Positions 51,301 through 62,385 of a DNA stretch of 64,000 nucleotides are shown here, piece after piece. The position numbers and the translations under genes were made by a program. The stretch's first letter is position 1. The number at the start of each line of letters is the position of its first letter. The notes beneath the pieces are model-generated. The model saw only the letters and a program-made list of their open reading frames with translations. It ran no database searches and was not told where the DNA came from. The stretch is taken from positions 584,343 through 648,342 of the forward strand of contig NMRA01000019.1 in assembly GCA_002633005.1 (NCBI GenBank), read 5' to 3'. The stretch comes from Phoronis australis (Eukaryota; Animalia; Phoronida).

Positions 51301-54300
51301 ATTTTGTCTTGTTCACATCAAGTCAGTTGATTTCTGTTGATTTCAGAGCCGAATTTGTTCAACCATGTGTCATCATTGACCATACCCCCTGAGGTGCTTG
51401 GACGTGACTTTAGAACATTTAGGACCTTGTTGAATTCTTACCCTCTGTACAAGAGCAGTAAACTAGTCGGACCTGACATCTCACGCCCTCATGTGGATGA
51501 ATTAGGAATTAAACCAATGAAGTACCTGGACAGGTAGGTGGTTTGAATGCAGTCGATGAAGTGTATAATGTTGTATGTTAACGAATTCCATCTACACATT
51601 AGAAACTCAGTGGTCCATTTCATGGCGTCTTGAACTTTGTCACTATAGACCTGCGCTAGATCAGCTGTTGTCTGTAAGCCTGTTTATCAGAAGCTCTGAT
51701 CCAAGCTCCTTTTGTGTGGAGCAGGTCAAATACATTTAGTGATGACTTTGTGCCATTATAATGCTGGCTAAAGTAAATTGATACGTGAACTAAAACTGGT
51801 GTCAGATTTTTTTAGCTGTGGCTTGAATTCCTTGTGAAAAGTGAGGTTAGGAAATTTTTTTACCTGAAAAACACATTAAGAATTATCCAAAGTAGATGTG
51901 TTAGGTCTCGTTTCTTTGATACCTGCTTTAGTAACTCTTTGAAACGGTGGTTGATAATTGGCCTGTGAGTCGTGATGGGAATGATTAATTCCGGATTTTG
52001 CCTCGATTTGGAAACCATTGTCATCTGGAGTTGAAATCAATTCTCACCTTCTATAGAGATTCACATCTGTTGTCTGAATACTTTATATTTTATGTCATAT
52101 TAAAGTCATGCCGGGGAAAGTATTATTACTGTGCCGTTGGCTGCAATGACAATTCAAGGAAGTGGGATAACCTGGATAAATATCCATGGACTCGGGGTGT
52201 CGCATTTCACCCCTTCCTCATGGTTCTGAAGGACAAAGACTAGCCCGTCATGCACACGGCACCACCGTTGTACAATACATAAATGTGCATGCCTGATGTC
52301 AGTTGCTTCTGACTCTCAAATCCTCTTTTAAGTTCTCAGCTCATTGAAACTTTGGCCAGATCTGTGATATAAATTTTTTCCATAATTTGTCTGATTGCTT
52401 TGCAAAGTTACTGAATCTGTTGCTGTTAGTTAGTGAGCCTGCAGGATGACTTATAGTATTCAATATTTGCACATGGCTTAAAAGTATTGCACAGATAGCC
52501 AATGTACAGTACATGACAAGAATAATCACTGACAAAATGTCCCAGAATTTCCCATCATGGTGGCTGAGAGCGCAAACGGAATTCACCTTCAGAGTAGCTA
52601 GAATAACCCATCTTGACAGGAAACGGTAGTTTGTCTGATCACTTTTGACACGTTCTATAGGCTTCGTATCAATTATGAATCACGTTATTTTCTATCTTTT
52701 TTCCAGCACTTATTGACATGTTTGTGTGTAAGATTGCTACGCTACTTTGTTTGTACGTATTTATTACCAAATGCAGCAGTGTTTAAGATTGAATGATAAA
52801 AATGCTTCTAATTACAGATTTCTGCATGGGGCTGGTGATACAGTCAATGCTGTCACGTGGCACCAGTAAGTTAAAGTACTGTGTGTAGCTAATCTCCCAT
52901 GCTTCACTTGTGTCTAAACCAAATAATCTCTGGAACACAGTGAATGAGTTGAGTCAGATGTGCATTCTTCATAGGTCTTGTCTGCCTAAGTATCCTTCAT
53001 GACTATGGGTTTACCCCTGGCGTTCATCCGAACCCATAGACAATCCATCTTTTGTGTTTGTAAGCTGAACAAAATAAATAAATGACTGAAATCACTTTAA
53101 CTCTCAAAATGCTGTGAAAGTTGACATACTTCGAATTACAACCCAGCTCTTATTGTTTGATGAACTCAGTAAAAAACTGTGTGGCCTTGAATGATACCTC
53201 TAGGTTTACAAACGTTTAAAGCTGAGGGATAAAACTTGTGTGAGCTGACCACACCCACAAGATACTTGTGCTCACTTAAAGCTGCATTTCGCCTTGTTTA
53301 ATTGGCTAAAAACAATCAAATTTGACCTTTTACTCTCATAGAGCCGGTTGTATTGTATTCCTTACCATGACTGGAGTCCCTTATTTAGTACACAAGACAA
53401 AGGCAATGCATAGTTGCGCCATTTTGCAATTTATAGTTTTAGCCTTGGCCAATCGCAATAAACTCTGACACGTTTTCTTGTGTTGTTGATGGATTTGTTG
53501 TTCTAGTTGGTAGCAGAGGTATCATTTCATCACTGTAACAAATATTATGAGATTGATTTTATCAGTAGAGTAAACAGTCTAATTCAATTTTTTGTTTTTT
53601 AGCCCGCTACAGGGCGAAATGTAGCTCATGAATGAATGCATACCGTTCTACACAGCACTTTGTATTCCGAGGTGTGCCTCATAGGTCACCTGAGTTTGTA
53701 TGTTAAAACAACTTATTAAATTGTCTTAAAGAGAATGTGTTTAAAGGGGTACAGTGGAGTTGAGTTTTGAACTTGATTGCTTCAGTATTTGAAACTTGTT
53801 CTTTTAATTGCATTGAGTAGAATATGTGAGGCTGGAGCTTTCCCACTATCCTGGCTGTTTTCAAAATTTGAAATTAAACATTCGTTAACAGAGGTTACAG
53901 ATAATGCTTTTCTTGTAAACTTTTGAAAGAGTTGTTATCGAAACTGATGCATGCTGGCGTGTTTTTCAAAGGCTTAAAGTTGAATTAGCTCTCCATGTTC
54001 TCTGTGGTTGTACTGTGGAGTTCACAGGTGTTATTTTTGGCTTTTTAAAATAGCTTCGTTTTTATTTTATCTGTCGCTTGATGGAGTTCCAATTACAACT
54101 TAAGAAGTAAGTCATCGAGTCAGTTATGTTTTCACATAATAGACACATAGATGTGTCATCACTAGTATCTCAGGTATTTGTTCTGATTGTATTAACACCT
54201 ATACTATGGGCAAGCACGAGACATTTCCGCTAGTCCTGACAGCGAATATGTTTCATCGTGCACTTACATTCAGTTGTTCCAAATCTTTACACAATTATTT

Positions 54301-57300
54301 GTTGCCAAAACTGACTTAACAAATCACTGCTACCTTGGCCAGGTGTGACAGCTCATTAACGTGCCCCACCACTGAATAACTACTGAATCATTGACTGGCA
54401 AATATGCCTGTGAATCTTAGGTATTACCTCAACAGCCGGTTAGCCACTGCTGAGAACTTCACCAGTGTGGATGTGTTGAACCTACTTCCTAAAGATATAT
54501 CACGTATTCATGATGTGATTAGCAGTCAAAAGCCTGGTGCAGAGATATGGCTTGGTGAGACCAGCTCCGCCTTTGGAGGCGGAGCTAAAGGTCTGTCGGA
54601 CAAGTACATAGCTGGATTCTTGTAAGTATGCTATGCGGAGTTGTTGTAAGGACAAATTAGATTTGAACTACTATTAAGATTTTTATATGAACAGCATTCT
54701 TAAATGGTTGGTATATCATTCAGTGTTATTATTCGGTATTACACAGGAAATATTTTGCACTCAGTATTACTAACTTAGTACTTTCCTGTTTGTACATCAA
54801 AGTTGAGAAACATTTTATTAACTTTTTTCTACAACAAATTCATATTTGGAGCATTTGGGCTGCAGATTTTCTTTGAGGTATGATGTGTTGAATGTGATGT
54901 TCCATCTACACTGTACAACCTTATTAAGTATTCTCACTAACTGATGGCAATCTGATGTTGCAAGATGAGATTGTAATGAATTATAGAGGATTTACATTGT
55001 GGTCGTAATAGTGTACATGATGGAATGTCATGTTAAACACAACATGTCTCAAATTTATGTTAAGGTTTATATTTGTTTTGTGGAATTATTCCAAGATGAA
55101 TATGTAATGTCAGCTGATACTGATCATATAATTAAATTTGATGACTAATGCCAAATCTAAGGTTGCCCTTTTCTGTAAGTGTTGCCCATTCTGCCACATT
55201 TATGTATAGACGGAGGGTAAACCATAACTTATCTAGCAACACCCGATGTATTTAATGGAACATATAATATAAACAAAAGTTTGGCACACCTGCGTGATTT
55301 ATCTTTGTACTGTAGTCGAGAAGTATTTCCAAGTTTAGAAATACGTTTTAAGTCAGAACAAGACTGTGCATGTGAATTAACTTTCTTATGCGTCAAAGAG
55401 AGAGGAAAAGTGATATATAAATTCTATTTAAGGTGGCTGGACAAGTTGGGAGTTGCTGCACAGCAAGGTGTGGATTTAGTGATACGTCAATCACTTTATA
55501 AAGGTAGCTACGCACTGATTGACTCTGACTTAAATCCAAGGCCTGTAAGTACATTGTATTAAATATGGAAACGGGACTATACTCAGCTGACACTATCTTC
55601 GATATTATAGGCTACTGTCTCGGCTTGTGTTGCAATGATTTTACAACTTTAAATAAAAAATTTTGACTTGGAGCAGAGATTACAAAAATAATGTTTCTCC
55701 AATCATATTGGTCTTTTGTCAACATGTTGATAACCGACGGCATTTTCAAGGGAACCGTTTCAGATTTTTTAAATAGGTCCTAGTTTTTCAGAAGAAAGCC
55801 TTCAAAAATAAAGAATATGGTCATTCGTGCTCAATATGCTCTAAAAAGTCGATAATTAAAAAAACAAGGACCTATTTCAAAAATCTGAGACATTGTTCTC
55901 TCGAAAATGCCATTATCAACATGTTGACAACAGACCAATATGATTGGAGGAACAATGTTTTTAAAATCTCTGTTCAAAGTCAAAGAAAAAAATTCTTACT
56001 AAAAAACGCATATCTCATGAAAAAATAAAGACAAGTAAACAAGAATAATAAAGTTTGTTAGGAAATTTATTCACCTTTCAGAAAATATATATTTTGTAGG
56101 GGTTAGAGCTATCAGAATTTATGATATTTGCACATAGGTACAACTTGGTACAAGGTTCACAGTTACCTTGCTTAAAGTTTACTGGCAACCTTCTTTAAGT
56201 TTTGCTGTCTCTGTGTATATTATTCATCGCATTCATAAATACTTAGAAACTCCTGTACATGCCTTTGTAATTTTTAAAGTGATGCAATATTCTGTGTTTT
56301 CATTATTAAGTTCAAAATTTTGATGATGCAACAAGTGACCGGGAAACATGATTTTTACACTGATTAGTCATTATAACTCTTCTTAGTCATTTTATTTCCT
56401 TGTCCAGGACTATTGGCTGACTCTAATCTACAAATGGTTCGTTGGTCCAGTTGTTTTGGAGCTCACCAAGACAACAACATCAAGAAATATTCGCTTTTAT
56501 GCTCACTGCTTGCGGAGGTTTGTGTTAAGGAAATCTAGCTTCATTTTACTCATAATTACCAGGATATTAGGACAGAATGAATGTACATAGCTGGTGCCGT
56601 TCCAGAGTATTTACCTGTCGGTGACCTGCTAGGTCCGCAAACACAAACAGGTCTCCGATAGGTAAGTGCTTCATTCCCAATGATAGTCGGCATTGTTATA
56701 AAAACATGCAACTTGTTCAGTTCATATGTTATTCCGTGTGTCATATCTGATTTGTTGTAACATGTTGTAACATCTTTTTCTATAACTGCTGATGCATAAT
56801 GTTGTATTGCGTTTGTAAATTGCCATGTCGTATATTGTTCTTTTGCTAAATATTGTTTTGAAAATGATTAGACCTGTAAAGTAAAGTGGAATACCATGGC
56901 CACGAATTCGTTTTCCAGGTGCTAAACAATATATCGGCTGTACAAACCCAACCCCAGTATTAAGCGGTCAATTCAAATCTTAAAGAACATCGTTTCACTC
57001 TTGCCCTTTTTTCTGCCCTCGAACTGTGTGAAGGTGTTGTGCGTATGGTTGTTTGGGATACACTTAGATACTCGGTCCCCAGGATTGTGAAAACTAACAT
57101 CTCGTCAGCTTGAGATTCGTGGAGCTCACTGTCACAGTGATACTCTGATGCCACCTGAAGTTTTGAGAATGTCACATAATGGCAGGGTGTTGCTTTGAGA
57201 AGTATATTGGAGAGGGGGAGTTCTCATGCTCGTGATTTTCATTATTTATTTGAGAAGATTTTTAAGACATCTGATCATGGTGGCATCTGTTCCAATTCCT

Positions 57301-58985
57301 TTGACAAGCTGTTTGTATAATGTAAAATTACAAATTATTTAAAGTTTTGATTTGAAAATTTATACAAGGAGTATGAAAGTCTTTGTTCTTCTCTGTTATG
57401 CTTTGTTCAACCAAGCAGTCTTACTGAGATTACTACATATTTTGCGAACCAGTTTTCTCCACTGAGCAACAGGTATCAAACTGGTTCTCAAAATACAAAA
57501 CCCCGGACATTTTTAGAACTTTAAGTATTATTTTATGAACTGTTTCTGTCTAAATCATATTGGAAATTGCAGAAGAATGATTCACCTGATTCCCGGTTAC
57601 ATTAATAGTGGGACCTTAAACGTCTTGTTAATATGTTTTTTCCAGACAGTCAAGTGGTGTGGTTCTCTTCGGCTTAAATCTGGATAAGGAATCACCAGCA
57701 TTAATCACATTGACTGGTCTGCTGTCTGGCCATAAAGTGTATGAGTATGTTCTGGAACCAGCAGATGGCAGTCTCACGTCTGAGTAAGTGGATGCTAGAT
57801 AAAGTCTACAAGTATCTCCTGAAACCTGCAGAGGGTAGTCTCACATCTGAGTATACTATGTAGACGCTACATAATACTCTACAGGTATCCCCTAAAACCC
57901 GCAGGCTGATGGTAGTTTCACACCTGTGTTAGTAAGTGCTAGATATAGTCTACAACATGCAGAGGGTAGTCGCACACCCGAGAAAGTAGATGCTAGACAT
58001 AGTCTAGAGGTATCCCCTGAAACCTGTAGAGGGTAGTCTCACACGGAAGTAAGTAGATACTAGATGTAGTTTACAGATATCTCCTGAAACCTGCATGGGG
58101 CAGTCCCACATCTGAGTACACTAAGTAGATGCTTGGTGAATTCATCTCCTGAAACCCGATGACGGTGGTGTCACACCTGATTAAGTGGATGCTAGAGATA
58201 GTCTTCAATTATGTCCTGATACCTACACAAGATAGGATTTACTTTTCCCACATGAACATTTGCCATCACCTTTCATACCTAGTGAACTGCTTATTTTCTG
58301 CAAGTAGTTTATCCCGTTCAGTCTGCCATCTTTTTGATCACATCACGTCACCTAATTAATGTAAATCCGAAAAGATTTCTGCACCCGACCGGGACTCGAA
58401 CCCAGGACCTTGTGCTAACCGTGCGGACGCTCTAACCACTGAGCCATCGGGACTACTGGTGAGACACAGAAATCCAATCGGACTTAGTAGTGTGTCTGAC
58501 CAGTGGTCCCGATGGCTCAGTGGCTAGAGCGTCTGCACGGTTAGCAGAAGGTCCTGGGTTCGAGTTCCGGTCGGGGGCAGAAATCTTTTTGGACTTATAT
58601 TCATTAGGTGACGTGATGTGATCAAAAAGATGGCGGATTGAACGGGATAAACTGCTTGCAACATATTCCACGCCTCACTGAAAAAAGATGATATTTACAT
58701 GCTTATTTTCTGCTTTCTATCCTCAAATGAGAATATTTCAAAGAACTCCATTTGGAGAATTTGAAAGACTGACATGTTTTAGGACTAAGGCTTATACTTA
58801 ATTCTTCTTTTTTGTTTCTTTTCAGTTTTGTATCACTGAATGGTAATGTGTTGTTGATGAAGGATGATAAGACATTCCCGGACATCTACGGTCAGCTTGT
58901 CAACAATACTATTACTTTGCCACCTTTGACCTTTGCCTTCTATACCGTGCCGGATGCCAGACTGAGATCGTGTGGTGCTCATTGA
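48316..58985 (+). CDS. HPSE: Heparanase (glycoside hydrolase family 79), 487 aa; exons 48316-48515, 49196-49329, 50057-50230, 51347-51533, 52818-52865, 54421-54621, 55433-55544, 56408-56517, 57646-57783, 58826-58985
   Basis: Signal peptide; [28 protein letters not shown]; acid/base FELGNEPN; LVGPD; VTWHQYY; nucleophile [13 protein letters not shown]; WLDKLG..A; VIRQS; PRPDYW; RFYAHC; SLNG; LPPLTFAFY. All 9 introns are GT-AG with matching phases; total 1464 nt. Confidence 0.95.
52108..52243 (+). pseudogene. Truncated THAP-domain N-terminus in heparanase intron 4
   Basis: MPGK, then a 1-nt frameshift, then [32 protein letters not shown]: the C-x3-C and FHxF features of THAP. The C-terminal half is missing. 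Confidence 0.55.
53280..53626. mobile_element. Kolobok-like MITE (copy 2 of the 28116 family)
   Basis: TTAA|AGCTGCATTTCGCCTTGTTTA ... ACAGGGCGAAATGTAGCT; shares GAGATTGATTTTAT and TCCTTACC.TGA with copy 1; right TSD decayed. Confidence 0.7.
55660..55985. mobile_element. Foldback / MITE-like inverted repeat (~125-bp arms) in heparanase intron 7
   Basis: TTTGACTTGGAGCAGAGATT..CTCCAATCATATTGGTC..GTCAACATGTTGATAA..GGCATTTTC..AAATAGGTCCT is mirrored at ~55860-55985. Confidence 0.8.
57731..58228 (+). repeat. Degenerate ~67-bp tandem array (~7 units) derived from the heparanase exon 9 end and its splice donor
   Basis: Exonic ATAAAGTGTATGAGTATGTTCTGGAACCAGCAGATGGCAGTCTCACGTCTGA|GTAAGT recurs in the intron as ATAAAGTCTACAAGTATCTCCTGAAACCTGCAGAGGGTAGTCTCACATCTGAGTA and further variants. 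Confidence 0.9.
58299..58699. mobile_element. Palindromic element with two outward-facing tRNA-like units, flanked by a 14-bp direct repeat
   Basis: Inverted arms 58299-58468 and 58491-58660. Each has A box TGGCTCAGTGG, B box GGTTCGAGT(T/C)CC and a T4-5 run. TGCTTATTTTCTGC occurs at 58288-58301 and 58700-58713. Confidence 0.85.
58505..58579 (+). pseudogene. tRNA-like sequence (pseudo-tRNA, GGT at the anticodon position); mirror copy on - strand at ~58381-58455
   Basis: Cloverleaf-like with anticodon stem TCTGC/GCAGA, but the loop ACGGTTA lacks U33 and the acceptor stem is imperfect. Confidence 0.6.
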
Positions 58986-60433
58986 TGCCTTTTCAGTCTT
59001 TGGAAGATGCTAGCCTTCGATAAATACTCATTATATGCCGACTCATCTGCGTAGTTCTGTTGAAGTTCAAAGTTAGTCAACCATTCGTAAAATGATAATT
59101 CTCTTAAAGTTATGTTGCACACAAACCCGTGAATAGACGAAGCGTTGATTGAACATGAACTTTTTTATTTGTGTGGCGATCGTCTGGTTTTTAAACCCGT
59201 GGAAGTTTCGAAGTTGTTGGTTATCAGCTTTGGAAGAAAAACAGAATTTAGGAGATTGTTGGAAGCAAATTTAGTCTTAGAAGAGAATTTTAAGACAAAA
59301 ATGCTCTTGTATATTCAGATTGTCATTTTGAAAATCTGTTGTCTTCCTTATTTGTGATTATGCTTGTTAACTGGTTAAAACTGAATTGTTTAATTCCACG
59401 ATATGTGCTCAGCATAAAAAGTATTTTGATGGCTTAATACTCTTTGTATAACTATTCAAATTTTGAAAAGTGAGGTGTATAGTTGTCATGAAACTAATAG
59501 TAAGATCAGAACTGGTCATGATATTATAGTCAGATTGTCATTATATAATTTCATGAGCAGGACATTTTATAAAGTGCTTAAAATCACCTATTTCGTATCA
59601 AAAACACCAAAAACTATTCCACCAGTCAATCAGCTATCAAATTATAACACCCACAAACACTGTCTGGCGATATGGTTTTTAGCTAATCTCGGGTTATGGT
59701 CAAAACAAACCCCATAAAATCATGACAACCAATCACTACATAGTCGTCCTCTATTGTGTTTAGTGTGAACACTTGATATTGTAGCTCGTTTTCTCATGGT
59801 TTATGTTACAATAAGGAATGGCGAGGTGATGTATTTGTGGTGGTTGTGCCAAGTTAGTATTTGACCGTGCTGTGGCTCTTTTCACTTTCCTGCGGGACGT
59901 CGGAGAAGGGCAGATATGGCACAGGTTAAATGTACAAGAAACTCTGGTGTTGGTGGACATGACACATTGGCGCTGGGTACGTTCATACATCACACTCGTG
60001 TCAGGTGGAGCTGAGAAACTTTCATTTGAAGTCACGTTTCTTCTATTTTCTCGTTCTTAGGGTATTTTTTTAATGTGAGCAATGCCCCAGAAATCGCTTT
60101 CGCATTATATACGGTTTCTGATTCACGATATTGAATTCAGGATTGTGATGTGCAGTGCTATAAAGGAAAGTTTAATTATGCTGACAAAGTAGTCACTTAC
60201 CAAAACAAGGTAAATTGTGTTTTAAGCACTTTAAGGTTTTCATTCCAATTATTTTTGTGTGTCCACATATTGACATGATGAAAGGTTACAGTTTGGAATA
60301 ATTTTTCGGTATGGATTCTTATTGAGGAGAACATATGTAGCTGGCTTACTTTGTGCCCTCTAGGGGCTATTTTTAGTATATTGATATTTCTCCCTCTATT
60401 GGGAATATTTAAAATAATGATCATTTCTTACAT

Positions 60434-60559
60434 CTCTGTGCTGTATGCAGTGCAAATGGTGGGTGCATAGCAACACTCTGTGCTGTATGCAGTGCAAATG
60501 GTGGGTGCATGGCAACACTCTGTGCTGTATGCAGTGCAAATGGTGGGTGCATAGCAACA
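60434..60559. repeat. 42-bp tandem repeat x3, internally self-complementary
   Basis: CTCTGTGCTGTATGCAGTGCAAATGGTGGGTGCATAGCAACA x3. Confidence 0.95.
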
Positions 60560-61427
60560 CAGAATGTTGCTCTTGACTTAATTTTATTTATCATTCCATA
60601 CAAACCATTCCTTGAATATTGTACAGAAACAAAGTATTAAACTGGTATCTCTCTTATGTGATTGACATTGGTGAAATTACTGTCATCAAAGTAGGTCCTG
60701 GAGAAATTTTTTCAGTGACAAAAAGTCTTGGTTTTCATTGAATCATCAAACAGAGTTTGCTTCACCATCGTTTTGCTACTCCGATATGTCTTAAATCATG
60801 CAGCGGTATGTCTGAAATTTTGAAAAAGGATAATCCTTTTTGTTCTTTCATTCTTTAGGATAATACAATGTCTGTATTTGATGGACTGTTGGACTTGACA
60901 TCTATGTTCCTACTTTTATTTTTATATAAACAAATTCCATGAACCATTTTGTAAAACATTTTAATTGCTGTTTTTATGGTTGATTTGCTATAATTCTGCT
61001 ATCAAGTGCCCGCTACCTGTTCCAATAGAAATTCAGTTGTTGCAATTATTGGTTGCTTGGATACTATTTAGCTGTGAATGTATAATTTTGTTCTACTTAG
61101 TTGCAAATGAAACTGAAGATGCAGTTATGTTCTAGGAAATTCGATTTGTGTGGTTATGGGCATTGTTTATTTAATATGCATTTTATTGTTGATCAGGTAT
61201 TGTGTAATGTCCAGTGCAATCCGGTGTTGGGCAATGATGAATTTTCTCAACATTTCAGTAGTGTATGTAGTAGTTTCTATGCTATCATAACAACAGTTGG
61301 CCAACAGAGAGCGTGTGATCATTGGCACTATGGGATGATTGATACCAGTACTGTTCAACTGGCAGAGAAAATAAGTCAGTGTCAGGGAAGCAATATTTGT
61401 TATTGTTTACATTACTTTAATTTATGA

Positions 61428-61433
61428 AATAAA
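61428..61433 (+). terminator. Candidate polyadenylation signal of heparanase (long 3' UTR)
   Basis: AATAAA followed by T-rich sequence, near the end of the CpG-poor domain. Confidence 0.35.
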
Positions 61434-62321
61434 CGATATTGATAAGAACTGTCTATTTTATCATTCACTTATTCGTGTAGCCTCTGTCCGGTACTTAGGT
61501 GGTGCTTGAGGTCTCAGAAGGTGAGTCCCAAGTCAATAGATGAGTGCAGGTTCATTGCTCCACTGGAACCATTTTGTGATCACTTACTGTTGAAAAAAAT
61601 GTAAAATCCATGTCAAAATGTTTGCAGCAATTGTGATCGTCTCCCTTGTCTTCAGTAGTGTAGTGCTGAGAAATTCATTTTTACACAAGGAAACCTTTTG
61701 AAGAAGTGTTCTCCCTTTAGTTTGAAATTTGTCATTTTGAAAAACGGTACTCGGCTTACGAGCAGGAATGTGAAGGTAAATTTATTGTTTTATAAACTTC
61801 CCAATGGGTGTGAGTTGTGTATTATTGGTAATGGTATTTGTATTGCAGTGAAAACAAACATGGTTAAATGTACAAATCAATGTGATGTGATTGTCTCTAA
61901 CTTGAATTCCATATTTACTTGCGCTTGACTCTGAAACCCAACGGCCTGAATGAGAATGTGGCCATTCCGAAAGCACTGACAAGTGCCTATATGTGAAACA
62001 TTTGAGATGAACTATGTTTTTGACAAAATGACACTAAGATGTGTTTCCATCATATTTGTTCGAGCTAAAAACGTGTGTACCCGGCCTCCCCTTTGGCTGC
62101 CGCAAAAAAAAAACAGCAAGAGCGTAGGGAAATGTTGAGTTTATTAATTAACCCCGGTAATTAACATTATAAGGCTGAAACAAGATTTAAATGTGTGCAG
62201 TTTTAGTGTGTTGGGGGGGGGCTCAGATCCAATTTCAAGTGTCAAATTCGGAACACGGCGCATTCGTAAAGGAACTACGGCTCTCCCGCGATATCCCAGG
62301 CGACCGGCAGTGGTGCTGCGC

Positions 62322-62385
62322 NNNNNNNNNNNNNNNNNNNNNNNNNNNNNNNNNNNNNNNNNNNNNNNNNNNNNNNNNNNNNNNN
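62322..62385. other. Assembly gap (64 N), apparently inside a CAGTGG...CCGCCACTG repeat element
   Basis: N run; CAGTGGTG at 62308 and C-runs plus CCGCCACTG at ~62440-62475. Confidence 0.9.

Noticed and set aside
58381-58579. Two functional tRNA-Thr(GGT) genes
   Set aside because: No U33, imperfect acceptor stems, and embedded in a larger inverted repeat; treated as a tRNA-derived element.
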